Assembly: GCA_023511835.1 (NCBI GenBank)
Contig: JAIMAT010000002.1
Coordinates: forward strand, 10,491-74,490
Source of the DNA: Bacillota bacterium
GTDB lineage: Bacteria; Bacillota; Sulfobacillia; JAIMAT01
Length of the DNA stretch: 64,000 nucleotides
Direction of reading: 5' to 3'
The translations under genes were made by a program, and so were the position numbers. Of this stretch, positions 26,908 through 36,615 are shown one piece after another (positions within the stretch are counted from its first letter, which is position 1; every line of letters starts with the position of its first letter). Under the pieces are notes generated by a model that was not told the DNA's origin, searched no databases, and saw nothing but the letters and a program-made list of their open reading frames with translations.

Positions 26908-29543
26908 GCGCGGCCGAGCCGGCGGACGGCGCGCGCGCCGAGGGGCGCGGCGCCCCGCCGCTGCTGGAGCAGTACCTGCGCATCAAGGGCGAGCATCCCG
27001 AGGCGCTCCTCTTCTTCCGGCTGGGCGACTTCTTCGAGCTCTTCTTCGAAGACGCCGAGATCGCCGCGCGCGAGCTGGATCTCACCCTGACCGGGCGCGA
27101 GCTGCAAAAGGGCCGCCGGGTGCCCATGTGCGGCGTCCCCCACCACTCGGCGGAGGGCTACATCCGCCGCCTGGTCGAGAAGGGCTACCGGGTGGCGCTC
27201 TGCGAGCAGATGGAGGATCCCCGCCTGGCCAGGGGGCTGGTGGAGCGCCAGGTGATCCGCGTCATCAGCGCGGGGACGCTCCTGGAGCCCGGCCTCCTGG
27301 AGGCGGGGAAGAACAACTTCCTGGCGGCGCTGGCGCCCGGCCGGCAGGCGCTGGGCCTGGCCTACGCCGACGCCTCCACGGGCGAGTTCCGCGCCGGCGA
27401 GTGGAGCGGCGGCGAGGAGGGCTGGCTGGAGGAGCTGGACCGCCTCCAGCCGGCCGAGGTGCTCCTTCCGGAGGGCGTCGCCGGGGAGCTGGAGGAGGCC
27501 GTCCGGAACCGCGGCCTCCGCCTCACCCTGCGCCCGCCGCGGGAGTTCGAGCCGGGACGGGCGAAGGCTCGGCTGCGCGAGCACTTCGGGCTCGCCTCGC
27601 TGGACGCCTTCGACCTGGAGGGGAGGCCGCAGGGGACGGCGGCGGCGGGCGCGCTCCTGGCCTACCTGGCCGAGTCGCAACCGGCCGGCGTCGCCCAGCT
27701 GACGGAGATCCGCCTCCTGCAGCCGGGCGAGGTGATGCTCCTGGACGCGGCCACGCGCCGCAACCTGGAGCTGGTGCAGCGCGGCCCGGAGGGGGGGCGG
27801 CAGGGGACGCTCCTGGAGACGCTGGACGGGACGGTGACCGCCCCCGGCCTGCGCACGCTGCGGCGCTGGATCGAGCGGCCGCTGACGCGGGCGGAGGCGG
27901 TCAACCGGCGGCTGGACGCGGTGGAGACCCTGGTCCGCCACCCCCTGGAGCGCGCCCGCCTGCGGCGACTGCTGGGCGGCGTGCGCGACGCCGAGCGGCT
28001 GGCCACGCGCGCCGTCCTCGGCCTGGCCGGCCCGCGCGACCTGCTGGAGATGGCCCAGACGCTGGAGGCGGCGGCCGAGGCGCAGCGCCTCCTGGCGGGC
28101 ATGGAGCTGCCGGAGCTGCTGGCGGGGCTGGCCGCGGCGCTGGAGCCGCCGCCGGATCTGGCCGAGGAGATCCGCCGCGCGCTGGTCGACGAGCCGCCGG
28201 TCGCGCCCGGCGAGGGCGACGTCATCCGTCCCGGCTACGACGCCGAGGTGGACCGGCTGCGCGCGCTCAGCCGCCACAGCGAGGAGGAGATCCGCGCCGT
28301 GGAGCGGCGCGAGCGCGAACGGACGGGGATCCGCAGCCTCCGCCTGGGCTACAACCGCGTCTTCGGCTACTACATCGAGGTCTCTCGCGCGCAGCGCCAC
28401 CTGGTGCCGCCCGACTACGTGCGCAAGCAGACGCTGGCCAACGCCGAGCGCTTCGTCACCGAGGAGCTGCGGGCGCTGGAGGAGCGGGTGGAGAGCGCGC
28501 GCGAGGAACTCCTGCGGCGGGAGAGCGAGCTCTTCGCCGCGCTCCGCCAGCGGGTGGGGGCGGAGCTGGCGCGCCTGCGGGCGCTGGGTGGCGCCCTGGG
28601 GCGGCTGGACGCGCTCCAGGGGCTGGCCGAGGTGGCCGCCCAGCGCGGCTGGGTGCGCCCGCAGGTGGACGAGGGCGAGCGCATCGAGATCGCCCAGGGG
28701 CGCCATCCGGTGGTGGAGCGGGCGCTCCCACCGGGGAGCTTCGTCCCGAACGACGTGCTCCTGGGGCCGGAGCGGAGGGTGCTCCTGATCACCGGGCCCA
28801 ACATGGCCGGCAAGTCCACCTATGCGCGCCAGGTGGCGGTTCTGGTGCTGGCGGCGCAGGTGGGAAGCTTCCTGCCGGCGGAGTCGGCGCACGTGGGCGT
28901 CGTCGACCGGATCTTCACCCGCATCGGCTCGGCCGACGACCTGGCGGCGGGCAAGTCGACCTTCATGGTGGAGATGGGCGAGGTGGCGCATATCCTCCGC
29001 CAGGCGACGGCGCGCAGCCTGGTGGTGCTGGACGAGGTGGGCCGCGGCACCAGCACCTTCGATGGGCTCAGCCTGGCTTGGGCGGTCACCGAGTACCTGC
29101 ACGACCGGGTGGGGGCGCGGACGCTCTTCGCCACCCACTACCACGAGCTGACCGGGCTGGAGGCGAAGCTGCCGGCGCTGGTCAACCTGACCATGGCGGT
29201 GGAGGAGGAAGGGGGACGGATCCTCTTCCTGCGCCGCGTCCGTCCCGGGGCGGCCGACCGCAGCTACGGCATCGAGGTGGCGCGCCTGGCCGGCGTGCCG
29301 GCGGAGGTGCTGCGCCGGGCGCAGCGCATCCTGGAGCGGCTGGAGCGCGAGCAGGCACGGCGCGAGGCGCGCGGCCGCCTGGAGGGTTCGCCGGAGGCGG
29401 AGCAGCTTTCGCTCCTGCCGCCGCCGGAGGCGGTCCAAGTGCTGGAGGAGCTGCGCAGCCTGGACGTGGAGCGGACGACGCCGCTGGAGGCGCTCCAGCG
29501 CCTGGCCACCTGGCAGGCGCTGCTCCGGGGGGGCGGGGCGTGA
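26904..29543 (+). CDS. mutS: DNA mismatch repair protein MutS
   Basis: PLLEQYLRIKGEHPEALLFFRLGDFFELF, Walker A GPNMAGKST, DEVGRGTST; 879 aa. Confidence 0.95.
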   Translation: MSAAEPADGARAEGRGAPPLLEQYLRIKGEHPEALLFFRLGDFFELFFEDAEIAARELDLTLTGRELQKGRRVPMCGVPHHSAEGYIRRLVEKGYRVALCEQMEDPRLARGLVERQVIRVISAGTLLEPGLLEAGKNNFLAALAPGRQALGLAYADASTGEFRAGEWSGGEEGWLEELDRLQPAEVLLPEGVAGELEEAVRNRGLRLTLRPPREFEPGRAKARLREHFGLASLDAFDLEGRPQGTAAAGALLAYLAESQPAGVAQLTEIRLLQPGEVMLLDAATRRNLELVQRGPEGGRQGTLLETLDGTVTAPGLRTLRRWIERPLTRAEAVNRRLDAVETLVRHPLERARLRRLLGGVRDAERLATRAVLGLAGPRDLLEMAQTLEAAAEAQRLLAGMELPELLAGLAAALEPPPDLAEEIRRALVDEPPVAPGEGDVIRPGYDAEVDRLRALSRHSEEEIRAVERRERERTGIRSLRLGYNRVFGYYIEVSRAQRHLVPPDYVRKQTLANAERFVTEELRALEERVESAREELLRRESELFAALRQRVGAELARLRALGGALGRLDALQGLAEVAAQRGWVRPQVDEGERIEIAQGRHPVVERALPPGSFVPNDVLLGPERRVLLITGPNMAGKSTYARQVAVLVLAAQVGSFLPAESAHVGVVDRIFTRIGSADDLAAGKSTFMVEMGEVAHILRQATARSLVVLDEVGRGTSTFDGLSLAWAVTEYLHDRVGARTLFATHYHELTGLEAKLPALVNLTMAVEEEGGRILFLRRVRPGAADRSYGIEVARLAGVPAEVLRRAQRILERLEREQARREARGRLEGSPEAEQLSLLPPPEAVQVLEELRSLDVERTTPLEALQRLATWQALLRGGGA

Positions 29544-29574
29544 GGGCGGCGTCCGCCGGGGGAGGCCGGCACCG

Positions 29575-31344
29575 GTGACCATCCGCCGCCTGCCGCCGGA
29601 GGTGGCCGAGCGCATCGCCGCCGGCGAGGTGATCGAACGCCCGGCCTCCGTGGTCAAGGAGCTGGTGGAGAACGCCCTGGACGCCGGCGCCCGCCGGGTG
29701 GTGGTGGAGCTGGAGGAGGGCGGGCGTGCCGCCATCCGCGTCCGGGACGACGGCCAGGGCATCGCCCCCGACGAGCTGCCGCTGGCGGTGGAGCGGCACG
29801 CCACCTCCAAGCTGGAGCGCTTCGAGGACCTGAAGCGGCTGGGCACGCTGGGCTTCCGCGGCGAGGCGCTGGCCAGCGTGGCGGCCGTCGCCCGCCTGAC
29901 GCTGGAGAGCCGCCCGCCCGGGCTGGAGGCCGGTCGCCGCCTGCGCCTCCGCCCGGGCGCCGAACCTCTCCTGGAGCCGGTGGCCATGGCGCCCGGGACG
30001 CGGGTGGAGGTGCTCGACCTCTTCTACAACATGCCGGCGCGCCGCGCCCACCTGCGCTCGCCGCGCGCCGAGCTCCTGGCTTGCGAGGAAGTCGTCTCCG
30101 GCCACGCCCTGGCCCGCCCCCAGGTGGCCTTCCGCCTTCTCCACGAGGGCCGCCCGCTGCTGGAGACGCCGGGCGACGGCGAGCTGCGCCACGTGGTGGC
30201 GGCGCTCTGGGGCGAGGAGCTGGCCGCCTCACTCCTGCCGCTGGAGGAGCTCTGGCCGCCGCTGGGCCTGCATCTCTCCGGACTCGCGAGCCCGGCCGGG
30301 CTGGGGAGGGCGTCGCGCACCTTCCAGCGTGTGGCGGTCAACGGGCGGCCGGTGGAGAACCTGGCCCTGCGCATGGCGGCCGAGGAAGCCTACCGGAACC
30401 TGCTCCCGCTCCGCCACCACCCGGTCCTCCTTCTGGCGCTGGAGCTTCCGCCCGGCGAGGTGGACGTCAACGTCCACCCGGCCAAGCGCGTGGTCCGCTT
30501 CCTGCGCGAGCGGGCCGTTCACGGCGCCGTCCACGCGGCGCTCCGCCGCGCGCTCGAGGCGGGCCGGAGGCCGCGCGCGGCCTCCGGCGGCGGCGCGCCC
30601 GCGGGAGGACCCCCGGCCGCCCCGGAGCGCCTGCGCGAGCCGGCGGCCACCTGGGAGTGGCTCGAGCTCTACGCGCCGGCGGGGGCGGAGGCCGCCGCGG
30701 AGGAGGGCGCCCCGCCAGGGGCGCTCGGCCCGGCGCGGGAGGGCGCGGCCGGTGAGAGGGAGTCGCCCGGCCGGCTGCCGCCGCTCCGCCCGCTGACCCA
30801 GCTTCACGCCACCTATCTGCTCTGCCTGGGCGGCGCGGAGGGGGCGGAGGAGCTCTGGCTGGTCGACCAGCACGCGGCCGACGAGCGGTACTGGTTCGAG
30901 CGCCTGGAGGGGGGCGCGGGCGCAGGGCTCGCCCAGCCCCTGGCCGTCCCCGCCAGCGTCGCCCTTGACCGGGGCCGCCGGGCGGCCTGGGAGGCACGGC
31001 GGTCGCTGCTGGAGGCGCTGGGTTTCCGGGCGGAGCCGGGCGGTCCGGCGAGCCTCTGGCTGCGCGCGGTGCCCGCGGGCGTGCGCGGGCCGGAGCAGCT
31101 CTTCGCCGAGCTGCTCGACGAGGCCGAGCCGGCGGGCGCCTGGGAGGAGCGGCTTCGCGCCGCCCGGGCCCGCCTGGCCTGCCACGCGGCGGTTCGCGCC
31201 GGCGACGCGCTGGCGCCGCCGGCCCAGGCGGCCCTGTTGGCGCGCTGGTCCGCCTGCCGGCAGCCATGGACCTGCCCGCATGGGCGGCCGACCGCGATCC
31301 GCATCGGGGAGGAGGAGCTGGCGCGGAGGTTCCTGCGGCGTTGA
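29575..31344 (+). CDS. mutL: DNA mismatch repair protein MutL
   Basis: GHKL ATPase N-terminus (IAAGEVIERPASVVKELVENALDAGA, DDGQGI), C-terminal dimerisation domain. Confidence 0.9.
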   Translation: MTIRRLPPEVAERIAAGEVIERPASVVKELVENALDAGARRVVVELEEGGRAAIRVRDDGQGIAPDELPLAVERHATSKLERFEDLKRLGTLGFRGEALASVAAVARLTLESRPPGLEAGRRLRLRPGAEPLLEPVAMAPGTRVEVLDLFYNMPARRAHLRSPRAELLACEEVVSGHALARPQVAFRLLHEGRPLLETPGDGELRHVVAALWGEELAASLLPLEELWPPLGLHLSGLASPAGLGRASRTFQRVAVNGRPVENLALRMAAEEAYRNLLPLRHHPVLLLALELPPGEVDVNVHPAKRVVRFLRERAVHGAVHAALRRALEAGRRPRAASGGGAPAGGPPAAPERLREPAATWEWLELYAPAGAEAAAEEGAPPGALGPAREGAAGERESPGRLPPLRPLTQLHATYLLCLGGAEGAEELWLVDQHAADERYWFERLEGGAGAGLAQPLAVPASVALDRGRRAAWEARRSLLEALGFRAEPGGPASLWLRAVPAGVRGPEQLFAELLDEAEPAGAWEERLRAARARLACHAAVRAGDALAPPAQAALLARWSACRQPWTCPHGRPTAIRIGEEELARRFLRR

Positions 31345-32336
31345 AGGACGGGGGGCGCGAGCGCTGGACGCTGGTGCTGGTCGGCCCCACGGCCGTGGGC
31401 AAGAGCGAGGTAGCCCTGGCGCTGGCCGAGCGCTTCGGCGGAGCGGTGGTGACCGCCGACTCGGCCCAGGTCTACCGCGGCCTCGACGTGGGGACGGACA
31501 AGCCGCCGCTTGACCAGCGCCGGAAGATTCCGCATTATTGTCTTGATCTGGCAGAACCGGTTGCGGAATTCAGTGTCGCAAGCTGGTTGAGTGCGGCACG
31601 GGACGCCATCGCGGCGTGTCGCCGCTCCGGGCGGCTGCCCATCGTGGCCGGGGGTACCGGCCTTTACGTCGAAGCGCTTCTGCGCGGTTACACGTTCGCC
31701 CCGCACTCGCCCCAGCTGCGACGCCAACTCGTTCGACGCCTCGAGGCGGAAGGCCTGGAGCCGCTCCTCCGGGAGCTGGCGGCGCGCGATCCGGAGGCCT
31801 GCCGGCGCGTCGACCGGGCCAACCCGCGCCGTGTCGTGCGTGCCCTGGAGCGCGCCCTGCTCGCGCCCGGGCGGACGCTCTCCGGCGATCCCGCCGGGCC
31901 GCCGGCCGGGGAGCGGGCGCGGACCGACCGGGAGCTGCTGGGCAGGGTCGTGGTGGTGGGGCTCTGCCGCGACCGGGAAGAACTGGCTGCGCGCATCCGC
32001 CGCCGGATCGTGCGCGAGATGGAGGACGGCCTCCTGGAGGAGGTGCGGGGGCTCCTGGCCCGGGGCGTGCCGCCTTCCGCCGCCTCCATGCAGGCGCTGG
32101 GCTACCGGCAGCTGGCCGCCCACCTGCTGGACGGCCTGCCGCTGGAGCGGGCGCTGGAGCGGCTCGAACGCGACACGCGACGCTTCGCCAAGCGACAGAT
32201 GAGCTGGTTCCGCAACCGGTTGTCTGGGGCCACCTGGTTCAACCTCAGCCTGGGCGGCCCCGGCCCGGTGGAACGATGGCTCCAGTCAATCCTTGCCAGG
32301 TCGCCGGGTATGCCGGGGTCCGGACCGGCATACTAA
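31341..32336 (+). CDS. miaA: tRNA dimethylallyltransferase MiaA
   Basis: P-loop LVGPTAVGKSEVALALAERFGGAVVTADSAQVYRGLDVGTDKP; TTG start overlaps the mutL stop. Confidence 0.85.
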   Translation: MKDGGRERWTLVLVGPTAVGKSEVALALAERFGGAVVTADSAQVYRGLDVGTDKPPLDQRRKIPHYCLDLAEPVAEFSVASWLSAARDAIAACRRSGRLPIVAGGTGLYVEALLRGYTFAPHSPQLRRQLVRRLEAEGLEPLLRELAARDPEACRRVDRANPRRVVRALERALLAPGRTLSGDPAGPPAGERARTDRELLGRVVVVGLCRDREELAARIRRRIVREMEDGLLEEVRGLLARGVPPSAASMQALGYRQLAAHLLDGLPLERALERLERDTRRFAKRQMSWFRNRLSGATWFNLSLGGPGPVERWLQSILARSPGMPGSGPAY

Positions 32337-32412
32337 GTTTCAACGCGCTCCTTGGCCGTGGCGACGGGGCGGGAGGCACACGCGCCCGGAGCGCAGGGCA
32401 AGGGGTGGTCGC

Positions 32413-33726
32413 ATGGTCGCCAAAGGGAGAACCGCATCGGGAACGGCCTCGCTACAGGGACGTCCGGTCTTCCTGAGCACCTATCCTCCCCAGCGCTGCG
32501 GCATCGCCACCTTCACGCAGCACCTGGTGGGGGCCATGGAGGCGGTCACCGCCGAGCGCCCCGCCGTGCTGGCGGTCAGCGACGGCATCCCCGCCTCCCT
32601 TTATCCGCCGGAGGTGGTGGCCGCCATCGCGCGCGAGGACCGGCCCGCCTACCGCGAGGCGGCACGTCTGCTCAACCGCTCGGGCGCCTCCGCGCTGGTG
32701 GTGCAGCACGAGTACGGCATCTTCGGCGGGCAGGACGGGAGCGACGTCCTGGAGCTGGTGGAGTCGCTGGAGATCCCCTGGGTGGTGACGCTGCACACCG
32801 TCCTGCGGCGCCCCACGCCGCGGCAGCGCGAGGTGGTGCGGCGGATGGCGGCGCGCGCCCGGCGCGTGGTGGTGCTGGCGCGCCGCGCGCGCGAGATCCT
32901 GGCCGAGGTGTATGGTGTCGACCCCGCGCGGCTGGTCCACATCCCGCACGGGGCGCCCGACGGCCTGCCCACCTCGCGCCACGAGGTCAGGCGGCGCCTC
33001 GGTCTCGAGCGGGCGACGGTCCTCTGCACCCTGGGTCTGATCAACCCGGGGAAGGGGATCGAATACGTGATCGAGGCGCTTCCTGAGCTGGTCCCCGACT
33101 TCCCCGACCTCCTCTACCTGGTGCTGGGACAGACGCACCCGGGCGTCCTGCGCCACTCGGGGGAGTCCTACCGCGAGATGCTCAAGGCGCGGGCGCGCCA
33201 GCTGGGCGTGGAGCGCCACGTGCGCTTCGTCGACGCCTACCTGGACGACGCTGCACTGGTGGAGTACCTGGCCGCCTCCGACATCTACATCACGCCCTAC
33301 CTCTCGCCGGAGCAGATCTCCAGTGGCACGCTGGCCTACGCCGTCGGCCTGGGCAAGGCGGTCATCTCCACCCCCTACGCCTACGCGCAGGAGCTGCTGG
33401 CCGACGGGCGGGGGCTGTTGGTGCCCTTCCGCGACGCGGGCGCCCTGGCCGAGGCGGTCCGCGCCATCCTCGCCTCGCCGCGCCTGCGCCGTGGCATGGA
33501 GCGCCGGGCGAGGCTGGTCGGGCGCTCCATGGCCTGGCCGCGCGTGGCCGAGGCGTACGCCGAGCTGGTGGGCGAGGTGGCCGCGCCCGCGGGCGGGGGC
33601 GAGGGTGCCTTCCGCTTCCTGCCGCTGGGCGGGGGTCGGGCCGGCGCGCTGGCGATGGAGGGAGGTGTGGCGCGCCATGAGGCTGCCGCCTCCCACGCTG
33701 GACCATCTCTGGCGGATGACCGATGA
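32413..33726 (+). CDS. family-4 (GT-B) glycosyltransferase
   Basis: FLSTYPPQRCGIATFT N-terminus, C-terminal GT1/GT4 donor-binding region (E-x7-E-like); 437 aa. Confidence 0.8.
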   Translation: MVAKGRTASGTASLQGRPVFLSTYPPQRCGIATFTQHLVGAMEAVTAERPAVLAVSDGIPASLYPPEVVAAIAREDRPAYREAARLLNRSGASALVVQHEYGIFGGQDGSDVLELVESLEIPWVVTLHTVLRRPTPRQREVVRRMAARARRVVVLARRAREILAEVYGVDPARLVHIPHGAPDGLPTSRHEVRRRLGLERATVLCTLGLINPGKGIEYVIEALPELVPDFPDLLYLVLGQTHPGVLRHSGESYREMLKARARQLGVERHVRFVDAYLDDAALVEYLAASDIYITPYLSPEQISSGTLAYAVGLGKAVISTPYAYAQELLADGRGLLVPFRDAGALAEAVRAILASPRLRRGMERRARLVGRSMAWPRVAEAYAELVGEVAAPAGGGEGAFRFLPLGGGRAGALAMEGGVARHEAAASHAGPSLADDR

Positions 33727-34780
33727 GACCGGACTCATCCAGCACGCCGCGGGCGCCATCCCGCTGCGCGCCACGGGCTACACCACCGACGACAACGCGC
33801 GGGCGCTGATCGCGGCGCTCTGGGCCTACCGGCGCGGGGAGCGCGAGGCGGCGGTGCTGGCCGACCGCTACCTCGCCTTCCTGGGCTGGGCGCGTCAGGC
33901 GGACGGCTCCTTCCACAACGAGTTCGGCTATGACCGTCGTCCGTTGCCGGGCGGCCGCAGCGAGGACGCCACCGGACAGGCGGTCTGGGCGCTGGGCGAG
34001 GCTGTGGCGGCGGGCGAGCCGCGCTGGTCGGAGACGGCACGGCTCTGGCTGGAGGGTTCGCTGGAGGCGGCGGGGCGGCTGGGCTACGTCCGCTCCGCGG
34101 CCTTCGCCCTGCTGGGCCTGGCGCGGGCGGCGGAGGCCGTCGGCTCCGGCGACCTCGGGCGGCGCCTGGCCGGGACGGGCGAGCGGCTGACCACCTTTCT
34201 GCTGGAGCGTTACCATGCCGAGAGGCGACCCGACTGGGAGTGGCTGGAGGACCGGTTGACCTACGCCAACGCGGCGTTGCCGGCCGCCCTTCTGGCCGCG
34301 GGGCGGAGCTGGGGCTGGCGGGAGGCGACCCGGGCCGGCGAGACCATGCTGCGCTGGCTGGACGGCGTCAGCTGGGAGGGCGAGCTGCTGGTACCGGTGG
34401 GCAACCGCGGCTGGTACCCGCGCGGTGGAGAGAAGGCGCGTTTCGACCAGCAGCCCGTCGACCCGGCCTGGATGGTGCTGGCCCATGCCGAGGCGGCGAC
34501 GGCGCTGGGCCGCGGGCGTCACCTGGAGCGGGCGCAGGCGGCGCTGGCCTGGTTCCTGGGCCGGAACCTGGCGGGGTTGCCGCTGGTCGATCCCGCCACC
34601 GGAGGCTGCCACGACGGCCTGGGGCCCGACGGGGTCAACCGGAACCAGGGTGCGGAGTCGACGCTGGCCTGGCTCCTCGCCTTCTACGCTGCGGAGCGCG
34701 CGCGGGCGGCGCTGGCCGGCCAGGGTCCGGAGGGCGTGCGCGCGGAGGCGGAGCCGGCGCTGGGCGCCACGGGCAGCTGA
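33677..34780 (+). CDS. predicted (alpha/alpha)6-barrel glycoside-hydrolase-like protein (GDE_C or GH63-like resemblance at motif level only)
   Basis: Trp/Ala-rich helical repeats (WALGEAVAAG, WEWLEDRLTYANAALPAAL, NRNQGAESTLAWLLAF); ATG 10 nt after GGAGGGAGG; overlaps the 3' end of GT4 by 50 nt; alternative start at 33716. Confidence 0.45.
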   Translation: MRLPPPTLDHLWRMTDETGLIQHAAGAIPLRATGYTTDDNARALIAALWAYRRGEREAAVLADRYLAFLGWARQADGSFHNEFGYDRRPLPGGRSEDATGQAVWALGEAVAAGEPRWSETARLWLEGSLEAAGRLGYVRSAAFALLGLARAAEAVGSGDLGRRLAGTGERLTTFLLERYHAERRPDWEWLEDRLTYANAALPAALLAAGRSWGWREATRAGETMLRWLDGVSWEGELLVPVGNRGWYPRGGEKARFDQQPVDPAWMVLAHAEAATALGRGRHLERAQAALAWFLGRNLAGLPLVDPATGGCHDGLGPDGVNRNQGAESTLAWLLAFYAAERARAALAGQGPEGVRAEAEPALGATGS

Positions 34781-34800
34781 GCGACGGAGGCGGGTGAACG

Positions 34801-35172
34801 ATGGAGACGATCGAGCCGCAGGTCGGGGACGGCGCCAGGGTGGTGGAGAAGCCCTGGGGCCGCGAGATCTGGTGGGCGCAGACGGAGCGCTACGTGGGCA
34901 AGATCATCGAGGTGCGGGCGGGCGGCTCGCTCAGCCTCCAGTACCACGAGCGGAAGATGGAGAGCATGTACTTCGTCGAGGGGAGCGGGACGCTGCTCCT
35001 GGGTGATCGGGAGATTCCCATCCGGCCGGGCCTCCATGTGACCATCCCGCCAGGGACGCGCCACCGCGTCCTGGCGGCCTCGGACGTCCGCTTCTTCGAG
35101 GTCTCCTCGCCCGAGGTGGAGGACGTGGTCCGGCTGGAGGACGCCTACGGCCGGGCCGGGCAGAGCGCCTGA
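34801..35172 (+). CDS. stand-alone cupin domain protein of the mannose-6-phosphate isomerase type II (ManC C-terminal) kind
   Basis: KPWGREIW...GGSLSLQYHERKMESMYFVEGSGTLL...PGTRHRV matches the PMI-II cupin signature. Confidence 0.7.
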   Translation: METIEPQVGDGARVVEKPWGREIWWAQTERYVGKIIEVRAGGSLSLQYHERKMESMYFVEGSGTLLLGDREIPIRPGLHVTIPPGTRHRVLAASDVRFFEVSSPEVEDVVRLEDAYGRAGQSA

Positions 35173-35194
35173 CGGGCCGGACGGGCCCGGGGGA

Positions 35195-35226
35195 GGCGGG
35201 GCGCGCCGCGGGCGGCGCGCCCCGCC
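35195..35226. terminator. GC-rich 15-bp perfect inverted repeat between the convergent cupin (+) and ABC permease (-) genes; putative bidirectional terminator or attenuator
   Basis: GGCGGGGCGCGCCGC-gg-GCGGCGCGCCCCGCC; no U tract. Confidence 0.35.
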
Positions 35227-35248
35227 GGCTGGCCGAGGGAAGGCCACC

Positions 35249-36604
35249 TCAACGGCGCAGCGCCTCCACCGGCTCCAGCGCGGCGGCCGAGAGCGCCGGG
35301 TAGACGCCGAAGACGAGACCCGAGCCGAGCGCCACCAGGACGGCCACCTGGACGGCCTCGGGCGTGACCACGGTCTCGAAGCCGTAGCGGGCGAAGAGGC
35401 GGCTCCCCCAGAGGCCCGCGCCGACCCCGGCCGCCGCTCCGGCGGCGCTCAGGAGCAGCGCCTCCAGCAGGAACTGGGTGACCAGGTCGCCCCGCTTCGC
35501 GCCCAGCGCCCGGCGCAGGCCGATCTCGCCGGTGCGCTCGGCCACCGCCACCAGCATGATGTTCATGATCCCCAGTCCGCCCACCAGCAGCGAGACGGCC
35601 GCCATGCCCCCCAGCAGGAGAGTCATCACGCGGTTGGCGCGGTCGGCCTCCCGGATCATCTGGTTCAGGTTGGTGATGCTCAGCAGCTCCCGACCGGCAG
35701 GAAGCGGGGAACCCGCCTGCGACGCCCCGCCGCCCGGAGGGGCAGGCGGCCGGACGGGGGCGCCGCCACCCGGACCGGCCGGGAGCGCGCCCGCAGGGAG
35801 CCCGCCCGGTCCGCCCGGTCCTCCCGGTCCGGGCGCGGGGGCGGACTGGTCGAGGCCCAGCTGGCGGCGGAAGATGCGCCCCAGCTGGGCGACGGCCAGC
35901 TGCGCCTCCTCGGGCGAGCGGGCCTTCACCCAGATCTCGTCCGCGTCGTTCCGCTGCATCAGCTCCTCGGCGAGCGTGTAGGGGATGAGGATACTCCGGT
36001 CCACTTCCTGGGGGTCGCCCGGGCGCGGGGCGAGCACCCCCATGATGCGGAACTCCTGGCCGCTCACGGTCAGGCTGTAGCCGACCGGATCGCGCCCGTT
36101 GAGCAGGCCGCGCGCCAGCTCGTAGCCGATGACGGCCACGTGGAGCCGCCGGCGGACGTGGAAGTCGTTGAAGAAGCGGCCGGAGAGGAGGTCGAGGCCG
36201 CGCACCCGCACGTACTCGGCGGAGACGCCGAGCACCGGGAGGCTCCCCCGGCTCCAGCGCCAGCGGACCGCCAGCGACTTGGTCAGGATGGGCGTGGCCG
36301 CCTCCAGGGAGGGGACGCGCTCGACCAGCGTGGCCGCCTCCGCGGGGTCGAGGTGGACGTTGGGGTCCTCCGCCTTGATGACGATCACGTTGCTCCCCAG
36401 GCGTTCGAACTGGCGGACCACCGCTTGGCGCGCACCCTCGCCGATGGCCATCAGCCCGATCACCGAAGCGACGCCGATGCCTACGCCGAGCACGGTGAGG
36501 ACGGAGCGGAGCGGCCGGGCCAGCACGCCGTGCCAGGCCACCTGGAGGGCGAAGGCCATCCTCACCAGCGCTCGCCGGGCCGTACCCGCCACCCGCCGGA
36601 GCAT
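35249..36604 (-). CDS. ABC transporter permease (MacB/FtsX family)
   Basis: N-terminal TM, large periplasmic MacB_PCD-like domain, C-terminal FtsX four-helix bundle. Confidence 0.8.
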   Translation of the reverse strand: MLRRVAGTARRALVRMAFALQVAWHGVLARPLRSVLTVLGVGIGVASVIGLMAIGEGARQAVVRQFERLGSNVIVIKAEDPNVHLDPAEAATLVERVPSLEAATPILTKSLAVRWRWSRGSLPVLGVSAEYVRVRGLDLLSGRFFNDFHVRRRLHVAVIGYELARGLLNGRDPVGYSLTVSGQEFRIMGVLAPRPGDPQEVDRSILIPYTLAEELMQRNDADEIWVKARSPEEAQLAVAQLGRIFRRQLGLDQSAPAPGPGGPGGPGGLPAGALPAGPGGGAPVRPPAPPGGGASQAGSPLPAGRELLSITNLNQMIREADRANRVMTLLLGGMAAVSLLVGGLGIMNIMLVAVAERTGEIGLRRALGAKRGDLVTQFLLEALLLSAAGAAAGVGAGLWGSRLFARYGFETVVTPEAVQVAVLVALGSGLVFGVYPALSAAALEPVEALRR

Positions 36605-36615
36605 GTCGTCACCCC

